This document shows positions 19,957 to 28,681 of a DNA stretch of 63,930 nucleotides, one piece after another. The notes under the pieces are model-generated. The model was not told the origin of the DNA. It did not search any database and saw only the letters and a list, made by a program, of their open reading frames with translations. The stretch lies in the NCBI GenBank assembly GCA_955652635.1, contig CATPBN010000103.1, positions 1 through 63,930 on the forward strand, given 5' to 3'. The DNA is from an uncultured Gemmatimonadaceae bacterium (GTDB lineage Bacteria > Gemmatimonadota > Gemmatimonadetes > Gemmatimonadales > Gemmatimonadaceae). Both the position numbers and the translations under genes were made by a program. How positions within the stretch are numbered: the stretch's first letter is position 1; the number at the start of each line of letters is the position of its first letter.

Positions 19957-20924
19957 CACGCGGGCAGCCCTGCTTGCTCGCTCAACCCAAGGAGGACATT
20001 CGCGTTCTGCAACGCTTGTCCCGCAGCTCCCTTCATCAGGTTGTCGATTGCTGAAATGATGATGAGCGTGGGCTTCCGCACATTCGCGGCTTTGGTAATG
20101 CTAAGACGAACTACGTTCCGCCGGACGACGTCGCGGAGGGAGGGCGGCGCCTCCGCAATCTCGATGAACGGCTCTCCGCTGTAGCAATCTTTCCACAGCA
20201 GAGATGGGTCTTCGGTGTGCTCCTCGATCGGCACAGTGATGGTCGCCAGAATTCCGCGTGCAACGGGAAGGAGGTGCGGGGTGAACAAAATGTCGTTGTT
20301 TCGGCCACCCAGCTCGTTCGTGACCGTTTGCATCTCGGCGAGATGGCGGTGCTCGTTCCCGACCGCGTAGGCGCGGAAATCCTCAGCGACTTCCGCGTAG
20401 AGCAGATCCGGACGCGCGGAGTATCCCGCTCCAGTCACCCCGCTCGCCGCCGATACATTGATGGTCGCTCCCGGTGTCACCCATCCTTCCTTCAGCAGCG
20501 GAGCGATTGCCAGAAGCACTGCCGTTGGATAACAGCCTGGATTTGCCACGATTTCGGCTCCCGGAATGTTTTCCCGCATCAACTCCGTGAGTCCGTACTC
20601 AGCGTCCGTCGCGCTTTCCGTCGCTCCGGGGCGAAAGTCCGAAGACAGGTCAACGACCCGCGCGCCTGTTGAGCGCGCATTCCCGACCCACTTGGCAGAC
20701 GCACCGTGCGGCAAGGCTGTGAACACGATCTCCGCATCGCCCAAGGGCGCGTCCTCGGTCGCGACGTATGTCACCTCCAATGGTCCTATGCGCGCACGTT
20801 GTCCGCGCTGCTCATTCGCCGACGCAAACGCGAGCTCGAGCTTGGGGTGCCGGGCGATCAATCCGCACAGCTCCCGCCCGGCGTAACCGCTCGCACCAAG
20901 GACTCCCACCGGAACTTTATGCAT
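19956..20924 (-). CDS. argC: N-acetyl-gamma-glutamyl-phosphate reductase
   Basis: GASGYAG, ALPHG, DLSSDFR, ANPGCY and DNLMKGAAGQA motifs. Confidence 0.95.
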   Translation of the reverse strand: MHKVPVGVLGASGYAGRELCGLIARHPKLELAFASANEQRGQRARIGPLEVTYVATEDAPLGDAEIVFTALPHGASAKWVGNARSTGARVVDLSSDFRPGATESATDAEYGLTELMRENIPGAEIVANPGCYPTAVLLAIAPLLKEGWVTPGATINVSAASGVTGAGYSARPDLLYAEVAEDFRAYAVGNEHRHLAEMQTVTNELGGRNNDILFTPHLLPVARGILATITVPIEEHTEDPSLLWKDCYSGEPFIEIAEAPPSLRDVVRRNVVRLSITKAANVRKPTLIIISAIDNLMKGAAGQALQNANVLLGLSEQAGLPA

Positions 20925-20937
20925 AAATAATGCATAA
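20917..20937. promoter_or_regulatory. ARG-box-like palindrome overlapping the argC start
   Basis: TTATGCAT-AAATA-ATGCATAA, an AT-rich island between argC and argR; minus-strand TTGACT lies upstream. Confidence 0.7.
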
Positions 20938-21013
20938 CATTACACGCCCTGCCAGTCAATGATCCATGGGGCCGCCTCGCGCGCAGCCCAAGGTGGTGCT
21001 AAACTCACCCTCG

Positions 21014-21472
21014 ATGGCCAACAAGCGCGAACGGCACGACACGATTCTCGAGATAATCGGGGCACGGGTAGTAAGCAGCCAGGAGGATCTCCGGAAGCTC
21101 CTTCTCCAGCGGGGGTGGGACGTAACCCAGGCTACCCTCTCACGCGATCTGCGCGAGCTCAGGCTCGCACGTGTCCCGACGCCTGAAGGTGCCCGCTACG
21201 CCATCACCGACGGGAGCATAGAGGAAAGCCGTGCTGCGCTCGACACCCTCCTGCCCCAGTTGTTTCTCAGACTCGACGGGGTCAGTGAAATGCTCGTTCT
21301 GCGAACCGTTCCCGGAGGCGCTCAGCCGATCGCCGCCGCACTCGACGGAGAGGGCTGGTCTGACATCCTTGGGACAGTTGGGGGCGATGATACCATACTG
21401 ATAATCTGCCGCTCGGTCGCGGCCCGTGACCGGGTGATGCGGCGGCTGCGAGCCATGGCTGGGGAGCCCTGA
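21014..21472 (+). CDS. argR: Arginine repressor
   Basis: SQEDL...VTQATLSRDLREL and GTVGGDDT motifs. Confidence 0.95.
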   Translation: MANKRERHDTILEIIGARVVSSQEDLRKLLLQRGWDVTQATLSRDLRELRLARVPTPEGARYAITDGSIEESRAALDTLLPQLFLRLDGVSEMLVLRTVPGGAQPIAAALDGEGWSDILGTVGGDDTILIICRSVAARDRVMRRLRAMAGEP

Positions 21473-21495
21473 TCGAGGTTGACGTAGGGGCCCCA

Positions 21496-21534
21496 AACGA
21501 TTAAATATTCAGCTATTCTGAATACTTATTGAGG
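21496..21534. promoter_or_regulatory. Tandem ARG boxes upstream of argG
   Basis: AACGATTAAATATTCAGC-tat-TCTGAATACTTATTGAGG: two 18-bp TGAAT-N4-ATTCA-like boxes 3 bp apart; TTGACG at 21479-21484. Confidence 0.8.
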
Positions 21535-21539
21535 CGCCC

Positions 21540-22805
21540 GTGATTCGCACAATTGCCCTCGCCTACTCCGGTGGGCTCGACACTTCGATCATCGTCCCGT
21601 GGCTCAAGGAGCGGTACGGCGCGCGGGTGATCTGCGTTGCCGCTGATATAGGCCAGGGAGAGGAGCTGGAGGGTGTGCGCGCCAAGGCGATTGCTTCCGG
21701 CGCGGATGAGTGCTACGTCGAGGATCTCCGGCGCGAATTTGTCGAGGATTTCGTCTGGCCCACGCTCCGAGCTGGAGCGGTTTATGGTCGAAAGTACCTC
21801 CTTGGCACCTCCATGGGCCGTCCCCTCATTGCCCGCCGACAGGTTGAGATCGCTCGGCAAGTGGGAGCCGACGCGCTCGCTCACGGTTGCACCGGAAAAG
21901 GCAACGACCAGGTGCGCTTCGAGCTCACCTACGCTGCGTTCGCTCCCGATCTGCCCATCATCGCCCCCTGGCGCGAATGGAACATCCGGAGCCGCGAGGA
22001 CGCGATCGCCTACGCTGACGCTCATAAGGTTCCGGTTGCAGCGACGCGCGACAAGATTTACTCGCGCGATCGGAACGTCTGGCATATCTCCCATGAGGGT
22101 GGGGTGCTCGAGCAGCCCGATGTCGCCCCGCCGGCGGATCTGTTCATGTTGACGACCGCACCCGAGAATGCACCGGATCAGCCCGAGGAAGTCACGATCG
22201 GATTCCACTCGGGAACGCCCGTCTCGGTCAACGGAGTTGAGCTCGACTCGGTCGATCTCGTCGTCGCGCTTAACAAGATCGGTGGCCGCCATGGGGTTGG
22301 GCGCATCGATCTCGTGGAAGATCGCCTTGTAGGAATGAAGGCTCGTGGAGTTTACGAAACTCCTGGTGGTACTCTTCTGTATTCCGCTCACAGTGAGCTG
22401 GAACAGCTCGTCCTCGACCGGCGCACGCTAGCGGCGAAGGATCTCGTTGCTCCTCGCTACGCTGATCTGGTCTATGAAGGACGTTGGTGGACGACCGAGC
22501 GCGAAGGCTACGACGCCTTCGTCAACGTCACTCAGGAGCGCGTCACTGGCACAGCGACTCTGAGACTCTTCAAGGGAACGGCTTCGGTCGTCGGTCGCGA
22601 GAGCGAGCACGCCCTCTACGACGAACGCTTCGTCACTTTCGGTGAAGACGATGTCTACCAGCAGAGTGATGCCGCGGGGTTCATCAGGCTCTACGGTCTC
22701 TCAGCCCGCGTCCGCGCTATCCGCGACCAGGAAATGGCCGCTGCGAAGGCTGAGAAAGAGAGTAAGAACGAATCGCGAGGGCCTGCGACTCTCGCGATAG
22801 CTTGA
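21540..22805 (+). CDS. argG: Argininosuccinate synthase
   Basis: [24 protein letters not shown] and YETPGG motifs. Confidence 0.97.
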   Translation: MIRTIALAYSGGLDTSIIVPWLKERYGARVICVAADIGQGEELEGVRAKAIASGADECYVEDLRREFVEDFVWPTLRAGAVYGRKYLLGTSMGRPLIARRQVEIARQVGADALAHGCTGKGNDQVRFELTYAAFAPDLPIIAPWREWNIRSREDAIAYADAHKVPVAATRDKIYSRDRNVWHISHEGGVLEQPDVAPPADLFMLTTAPENAPDQPEEVTIGFHSGTPVSVNGVELDSVDLVVALNKIGGRHGVGRIDLVEDRLVGMKARGVYETPGGTLLYSAHSELEQLVLDRRTLAAKDLVAPRYADLVYEGRWWTTEREGYDAFVNVTQERVTGTATLRLFKGTASVVGRESEHALYDERFVTFGEDDVYQQSDAAGFIRLYGLSARVRAIRDQEMAAAKAEKESKNESRGPATLAIA

Positions 22806-24250
22806 GCCTGCCCTTCCCCGTGTCCGACCACGCGTCGCACAAACTTTGGGGAGGCCGGTTCGCGGTGCCGACCGCGGCTGCGCTAGACGCCCTCAACCGT
22901 TCCATCGGTACCGATGTCCGGCTGTGGCCGTTCGATATCAATCTATCTCGTGCCTGGTCTGTCGCTCTTTGGGGTGCGGGCGTCATCACACTTGACGAAA
23001 GCAAGAAGATCGAGAAAGGTCTCGCCGCTGTTGCCGAGAAGCTCGCTGGGGGTGCGACACCCGTCCCATCCGATGAAGACGTGCACACCATGATCGACAG
23101 GATGCTCCACGAAGAGGTCGGAGATGTCGCGTCGAAGCTGCACACAGGTCGCAGCCGAAACGATCAGGTCGCGACCGCGACACGTCTATGGTCAATGGAT
23201 GCGTGCGCCAAGCTGGATTCCTCCGCGCGGATGCTGCAACAGGTGATGCTGGATCACGCGGAGGCGCTCCAGGATGTGTTGATGCCGGCGTACACTCATC
23301 TTCAACGCGCCCAGCCGGTTTCCGCCGCGCATTGGATGTTGTCCCACTTCTGGCCCCTTGAGCGCGACCGAGGGAGAATCGCGTCCGCGTCCCGTGCTGC
23401 CGGCGTTCTTCCTCTCGGATCTGGCGCAATTGCTGGCTGCGCATTCCCGGTTTCGCGCGTACTTCTCCAGGGGAGCCTGGGGTTCAGCGCCCTGTCCCAG
23501 AACAGTATTGACGCGGTTGGTGACAGGGACTTTGTCGCTGAGCTGTTGTTCGCCGTCGCGATGATGGCGACGCACCTCTCACGGCTCAGCGAAGACTTGA
23601 TCATCTATGGGTCAAGCGAGTTCGGGTTCGTCCAGTTTGGCGATGCCTTTACGACCGGCTCCAGCATGATGCCGCAGAAGCGCAACCCGGATGCGCTCGA
23701 GCTGGCACGCGGTTCGGGTGCGCGCGCAATCGGCGACCTCTCGACATTGCTCTCGACGCTCAAGGGTTTGCCGAGCGGGTACAACAAGGATCTCCAGGAC
23801 GACAAGCGTGTGTTGTTCGATGCCGTCGACACAGCCCTTCTCGTGCTTCCTGCAGTCGCCGGGGCACTCCAGGAAACGCGCTTCAACGTCACGCGCATGC
23901 GAGCCGCGCTCTCGAGCAACATGATGGCAACGGACCTCGCTGATTATCTGGTAGAGAAGGGAGCTACTTTCCGCGAGGCCCATGGTGCGATCGGCGCCTT
24001 GATTCGCGAGAGCGAGCGCGATGGCTGTGATCTGGACGGGTTGCCCCTCGCATCCTTCAAAGCCGCGCATTCCCTGTTCGGCGACGACGCACTTGATTGG
24101 CTCGAGCCCGCTCGATCAGTCGCGCGTCGGGACGTACCAGGAGGAACGAGCGCGAGCGCGGTGCGGGCACAGCTTCGATCAGCGCACGAGGCCCTGTGGC
24201 CGGTAGGCGAGGCAGCACGCGGCAATGAACTGGTGCTGCGCGCCATATAG
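22802..24250 (+). CDS. argH: Argininosuccinate lyase
   Basis: [25 protein letters not shown] and [13 protein letters not shown] motifs. Confidence 0.97.
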   Translation: MSLPFPVSDHASHKLWGGRFAVPTAAALDALNRSIGTDVRLWPFDINLSRAWSVALWGAGVITLDESKKIEKGLAAVAEKLAGGATPVPSDEDVHTMIDRMLHEEVGDVASKLHTGRSRNDQVATATRLWSMDACAKLDSSARMLQQVMLDHAEALQDVLMPAYTHLQRAQPVSAAHWMLSHFWPLERDRGRIASASRAAGVLPLGSGAIAGCAFPVSRVLLQGSLGFSALSQNSIDAVGDRDFVAELLFAVAMMATHLSRLSEDLIIYGSSEFGFVQFGDAFTTGSSMMPQKRNPDALELARGSGARAIGDLSTLLSTLKGLPSGYNKDLQDDKRVLFDAVDTALLVLPAVAGALQETRFNVTRMRAALSSNMMATDLADYLVEKGATFREAHGAIGALIRESERDGCDLDGLPLASFKAAHSLFGDDALDWLEPARSVARRDVPGGTSASAVRAQLRSAHEALWPVGEAARGNELVLRAI

Positions 24251-24269
24251 AGGAGAGCAAGACCATTGA

Positions 24270-24304
24270 CAAAAAAAGGCCGCATAGTCTGTGCGCCTTT
24301 TTTG
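24270..24304. terminator. Bidirectional intrinsic terminator
   Basis: CAAAAAAAGGCCGCATAGTCTGTGCGCCTTTTTTG between convergent argH and the OMP gene. Confidence 0.8.
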
Positions 24305-24312
24305 TTGCGGGT

Positions 24313-24864
24313 TTAGAACATTACTCCGAGCGTGATTGGGACGAAATGGAGTACTCCGCCTTTCGTTGGCTCGCGGGATATGAAGTGATATCTCGATTCC
24401 AGGAAGCTGGCGACCGGACCCACGGCGAATGTCACCCCTACTCCGGCATTCAGACCCCAATGATTTTCGGCCTTCGTGCCGGGGATATCGAACTTCGTGT
24501 TGTACAGACCTCCTCCAGTCACGATGTAGCTCTTCGCCGTAGTTCCGGGAAACGCGTAGATGAGATTGGCGAGTATTCCAGCGATTCGGAACCCGTAGGT
24601 GGTGGTTGGGGGGGAAGTAATGGTTTTGCGCGAGAAGCTATCGTAGATCCCGTCCAATCGGACCCCGATTGGTAGATCGGCAACGCCGAGCGCGAGAGCG
24701 ACGATCCCGTTGAAGCCGGTCGTCTGAGTGTTGCTCAGTTTCCCGACCGGTATGGCCGCGCCTCCTCCGATCCCAAGAGCGTAGGTCTTCTGAGCGCTGG
24801 CTTGACTCGAAAGCAGGATCGATGCGAGAGTCCAGACCACAAGGATGTGAAGAGAGCGCTTCAT
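24313..24864 (-). CDS. Outer-membrane beta-barrel protein (8-strand type)
   Basis: Signal peptide (ASA cleavage), alternating beta-strands, C-terminal Phe (LGVMF). Confidence 0.8.
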   Translation of the reverse strand: MKRSLHILVVWTLASILLSSQASAQKTYALGIGGGAAIPVGKLSNTQTTGFNGIVALALGVADLPIGVRLDGIYDSFSRKTITSPPTTTYGFRIAGILANLIYAFPGTTAKSYIVTGGGLYNTKFDIPGTKAENHWGLNAGVGVTFAVGPVASFLESRYHFISREPTKGGVLHFVPITLGVMF

Positions 24865-24986
24865 TTTATCCGCCAGGAATACGTAGTGAGCGAGGGCGCG
24901 AGCGGGCACAATATAACGAGGAGAGGAGCTTGCAATAGGAGGAAGGGGCCGATACTCTTAATTATCCTTTTATTGCAGGATAATTA

Positions 24987-25379
24987 ATGCCTCGGGCCTA
25001 TACGATTGCCACAGCTGCACTTGCACTCGGAACCTCCGTAAAATGGCTCGACAATGTCCTCTCGCATAATCGCGTCCCCGGAGTAGCCCAAGAGCGCCAA
25101 GGTATCTCCCGTCGCCTGACTGTTGAGGCTTTGCTGATTCTGGCATTGGCGGTCTTGCTGATCCAGGAACTTGGATTACCAACGTCGAAGGCTATCACGC
25201 TGGCTGAGGGCCTCACCAGGAACGATGGTAGATACTCCGCGCACCAAGGGCTGAACCTCAACCTCGACCTGGCGTCCTTTCGACTACAGCTACTCGAAAG
25301 ACTGGAAAACGCTGTCGAGATCGCACCGATCCCGAAGAGAGGACGTCCTCCCCTAGACAAAACGGGGCGCCTCAATTGA
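24987..25379 (+). CDS. Hypothetical protein, possible DNA-binding (HTH-like N-terminus, C-terminal AT-hook)
   Basis: 130-aa ORF, AGGA before the ATG; AALALGTSVKWLDNVL and PKRGRPP. Confidence 0.6.
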   Translation: MPRAYTIATAALALGTSVKWLDNVLSHNRVPGVAQERQGISRRLTVEALLILALAVLLIQELGLPTSKAITLAEGLTRNDGRYSAHQGLNLNLDLASFRLQLLERLENAVEIAPIPKRGRPPLDKTGRLN

Positions 25380-25388
25380 GACGCCCCG
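25358..25388 (-). terminator. Intrinsic terminator of the cold-shock gene
   Basis: Minus strand CGGGGCGTCTCAATTGAGGCGCCCCG followed by TTTTG. Confidence 0.75.
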
Positions 25389-25417
25389 CCAGATTGTGCC
25401 AGTGAAGCCGACGTGGC

Positions 25418-25627
25418 TTAAGAGGCCTTCGTCACGTTCTCGGCAGCCGGACCCTTCTGACCTTCGACAATGTCGAATTCTACCGCGTCACCTTCGGCAA
25501 GGGACTTGAACCCCGAGCCGGAAATCGCGCTGTAGTGAACGAAGCAATCCTTCTGCCCGTTGTCAGGTGTGATAAAGCCAAAGCCCTTCGCATCGTTGAA
25601 CCACTTCACTTTGCCGGTCGTACGCAT
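25418..25627 (-). CDS. Cold-shock protein (CspA family)
   Basis: [19 protein letters not shown]...FVHYSAI...GPAAENV; CAGGAG SD. Confidence 0.97.
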   Translation of the reverse strand: MRTTGKVKWFNDAKGFGFITPDNGQKDCFVHYSAISGSGFKSLAEGDAVEFDIVEGQKGPAAENVTKAS

Positions 25628-25771
25628 TCCCTGCTCCTGAAAAATTTGTGTCTTGGGGAGCGGAGAACGCCCGACCCTCGACAATCTGAGATGCGGGTCT
25701 CACTAACCCCGCACTGGACTTGAGAGGGAAGCACGAACCTTCGCCCGCCCTTCCCAGCCCGACTTGGCGGA

Positions 25772-25800
25772 AAAATAGCAAGGACCGGCTGAGCAGACAA
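25772..25800 (-). promoter_or_regulatory. Sigma70-type promoter of the csp gene
   Basis: TTGTCT-17 bp-TATTTT with a TG extension, implying a 5' UTR of ~135 nt. Confidence 0.6.
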
Positions 25801-25809
25801 TAGACAGAT

Positions 25810-26235
25810 TCAAGGCCCGGTTCTGTGGACCCCCGTAACGAAATACTCCGTCTCACCAAAGCAGGTGGTTGGCACTCCCCTGTGCTGGTCGTAAGTCAGC
25901 GACACTTGCTTCCCCGCATTTTGCTCGATCACCTTGGCAATCGAGTCATTTCGAACCGTAAACGCGAAGATCTGCGGCATCGTTCCGGGGAGATTTGCCA
26001 TCGCCAGCTCACCTTCCCAGGTCTTACAGATCCATCCCTTCTTGGAGATCTTCTGGACATACCCCGCCCTCTCCCCTGAGGAGTACGTGTAGCCCAGGGC
26101 GACCCAGATCCAGAGCGCGACGATTACCGCGGGAACGAGCAGCAGCGCGAGAAGAACGATGAGCGCTTTGCGATGCTTCTTCTTTGCGGGGGGCGGGGTA
26201 GCTGGTGCGCTGGATGAATCCGTCGTGTCAGCCAT
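25810..26235 (-). CDS. Membrane-anchored hypothetical protein
   Basis: One TM helix, then YSSGERAGYVQKISKKGWICKTWEGEL...CFGETEYFV; GGAG SD. Confidence 0.75.
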   Translation of the reverse strand: MADTTDSSSAPATPPPAKKKHRKALIVLLALLLVPAVIVALWIWVALGYTYSSGERAGYVQKISKKGWICKTWEGELAMANLPGTMPQIFAFTVRNDSIAKVIEQNAGKQVSLTYDQHRGVPTTCFGETEYFVTGVHRTGP

Positions 26236-26334
26236 CTGAGCTCCAGAAGTGCCGGGAAGGGAAGATGTTCACGGTCCGACATGCACCGCTCGGACTAGGG
26301 AATTAGCTTTCAAAATCACCACACGCAAGCAGAC

Positions 26335-27570
26335 GTGCCGACCGTAACGCGAAGACCAACGGTAACCGCAATCGTAGGTGACGTGCCCATTGGGTCCGCC
26401 TATCCGATCGCCGTGCAGTCGATGACCAACACCGACACTGCCGACGCCAGCGCTACAGCACTCCAGGTGGCGGAGCTTTCGCGCGCGGGAAGCAGGCTCG
26501 TGCGGATAACGGTCAACAACGACGAAGCCGCACAGGCGGTGCCGGAGATCGCGAGCAGACTTGCCGACATGGGTGTTTCCGTCCCGGTGATCGGGGACTT
26601 CCATTATAACGGCCATTTGCTCCTCGCCCGATATCCCGCCACGGCGCGAATTCTGGCGAAGTACCGAATCAATCCCGGAAATGTTGGCGGGAAACGTCGC
26701 GACGAGAATTTCAGGACGATCATCCAGATCGCGCTCGACAACGGCAAGCCCGTCAGGATCGGAGTCAATTGGGGATCGCTCGATCAGGATCTCCTGACAT
26801 CGCTGATGGATGCGAATGCCCAGAGCGCTGACCAGCGCACCGCGAAAGAAGTCTACATCGAGGCAATGATTCAGAGCGCTCTGCGCTCCGCTGTGATCGC
26901 GGAGGAAGTCGGACTCGGACACGACCGCATCATAATTTCGGCAAAGGTTTCGGGAGTGCAGGATTTGATCGAAGTGTATCGACAGTTGGCCGCTCGCTGC
27001 GAATACCCGCTGCATCTCGGACTCACCGAAGCCGGCCTTGGCTCAAAGGGAATCGTTGCCAGCACTGCGGCTCTTTCGATCCTCTTGTCCGACGGTATCG
27101 GCGACACCATTCGGGTTTCTCTGACGCCGCGTCCTGGGGGAGACCGCGCCGAAGAGGTTCGCGTCGCTCAACAGATTCTTCAGTCACTGGAGCTCCAGAA
27201 CTTCAATCCTCAGGTGACTGCCTGTCCGGGCTGCGGCCGCACAACATCGACATTTTTCCAGCACATGGCCGAGGACATCCAGACCTACTTACGGGAGCAG
27301 ATGCCGGCGTGGCGGAAGCGGTATCCCGGCGTGATCGACATGAAGGTCGCGGTGATGGGGTGCGTTGTAAACGGGCCTGGTGAGTCGAAGCACGCGAACA
27401 TTGGCATCTCGCTTCCGGGGACCTTCGAGGAGCCCAAGGCTCCGGTCTACGTCGATGGCAAGCTCATGATCACGCTAAAGGGCGAGACGATCGTTCCGGA
27501 ATTTCTGAAGATACTCGACGAATACGTGGAAAAAACCTACGGCAGGACAGCCGCTCCGATTACGGCCTAG
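26335..27570 (+). CDS. ispG: HMBPP synthase
   Basis: [48 protein letters not shown] and [10 protein letters not shown] motifs. Confidence 0.97.
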   Translation: MPTVTRRPTVTAIVGDVPIGSAYPIAVQSMTNTDTADASATALQVAELSRAGSRLVRITVNNDEAAQAVPEIASRLADMGVSVPVIGDFHYNGHLLLARYPATARILAKYRINPGNVGGKRRDENFRTIIQIALDNGKPVRIGVNWGSLDQDLLTSLMDANAQSADQRTAKEVYIEAMIQSALRSAVIAEEVGLGHDRIIISAKVSGVQDLIEVYRQLAARCEYPLHLGLTEAGLGSKGIVASTAALSILLSDGIGDTIRVSLTPRPGGDRAEEVRVAQQILQSLELQNFNPQVTACPGCGRTTSTFFQHMAEDIQTYLREQMPAWRKRYPGVIDMKVAVMGCVVNGPGESKHANIGISLPGTFEEPKAPVYVDGKLMITLKGETIVPEFLKILDEYVEKTYGRTAAPITA

Positions 27571-28183
27571 CCGCTGGGCCAGCGAGCTCGAGAAGCTCCG
27601 CCGAAACCTGTCCCAGCTCCGTCATGATCGGAGCGCTGAAGCCCACTTCGCGAAGCCTGTCGTAAACTTGCCTGTACCAGCGAGCCGTCCCCAATTTCCC
27701 GCCGCCAAACCGGTTCCAGATTGTCTCAGGGTCGACCGTTCTGCGCAAATCTGCAACGATCGACGACGCATTGTGAATCTTGTCCGCGGCGCAGACCCAG
27801 CGCGCCTCTTCACTGGCTGTCGCCAGTCGTTCCAGGTAATCGGCCTTGCGATCATCACCTGAAAGATCCACTCCGTCATCGTCAATTTTTCGATACGTGA
27901 TGGCTAGGACTGCATCCAGCACCTTCGTGCCGAATTTGTCCCCGATGCGTTGCTCCAGCATCTCTTGTGTGTATCCATCTCGAACGCAGTCTTCGACGAC
28001 ATCGTGGAGAATTCCAGCTACGACGGTGTCGTTGTCGCGCCCGTATCGCGTAAGGATTATTGCTACGTTCGCGGGATGGGTCAGGTAGGGAAGCTTTGTT
28101 CCCTTTCGCACCTGCCGGTCGTGATGTTTGGCCGCGAAGGCGAGCGCGTGGTTGATGACGTCCGAATAACCGGCGGCTATCAT
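27560..28183 (-). CDS. Stand-alone RelA/SpoT-type HD hydrolase (small alarmone hydrolase/Mesh1-like)
   Basis: FAAKHH..QVRK...PYLTHP, LHDVVED and ADKIHN motifs; no synthetase domain. Confidence 0.85.
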   Translation of the reverse strand: MIAAGYSDVINHALAFAAKHHDRQVRKGTKLPYLTHPANVAIILTRYGRDNDTVVAGILHDVVEDCVRDGYTQEMLEQRIGDKFGTKVLDAVLAITYRKIDDDGVDLSGDDRKADYLERLATASEEARWVCAADKIHNASSIVADLRRTVDPETIWNRFGGGKLGTARWYRQVYDRLREVGFSAPIMTELGQVSAELLELAGPAARP

Positions 28184-28674
28184 TGCTTCACGATCACAAA
28201 CCAGGACACGAGCTGCTCCAGTCCGCGTTGGTCTTCTTCGTTGAACGCATCGAGTTGGCCGGAATCTACGTCGAGAACAGCGAGTAGATCACCCCGTGAC
28301 CCAAGAACCGGTACGACGATCTCGGAGCGCGAGCGCGCATCGCAGGTTATGTGGCCGGGATACTTGGCGACGTCGGGAACGATCACACTCCTCATTTCGG
28401 CCGCGGCGGTGCCGCAAACTCCGCGACCGAAGGCAATCTCGAGACAGCCTAGTGATCCCTGGTATGGCCCAACACGTAGTAGCACTCCCGGCTCTGCAAC
28501 CCGATAAAAACCAGTCCAAAGATGGCCGAATGCATGATGGACAAGCGCGGCAATTGTCGCCATTGCCGCAATCGGGTCGGAGACGCCATCGAGGATCGCC
28601 TCACAATGTCCCTGCAGCTCCTTGTAGGCTCGAGCCTTGGGAACCCCTCTTAGATCGGGAATTGTTTCCGCCAT
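28180..28674 (-). CDS. GAF-domain free methionine-R-sulfoxide reductase (fRMsr/MsrC-like)
   Basis: WTGFY, GPYQG..GC..I.FGRGVCG.A, HITCD..SRSEIVVP and LDVDS motifs. Confidence 0.85.
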   Translation of the reverse strand: MAETIPDLRGVPKARAYKELQGHCEAILDGVSDPIAAMATIAALVHHAFGHLWTGFYRVAEPGVLLRVGPYQGSLGCLEIAFGRGVCGTAAAEMRSVIVPDVAKYPGHITCDARSRSEIVVPVLGSRGDLLAVLDVDSGQLDAFNEEDQRGLEQLVSWFVIVKQ

Positions 28675-28681
28675 TTACCGG

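Noticed and set aside
21513-22391. Long antisense ORFs (e.g. opposite argG, the desaturase, murB and the FAD oxidoreductase)
   Set aside because: Shadow frames expected in GC-rich coding DNA; no motifs, and they overlap well-supported genes.
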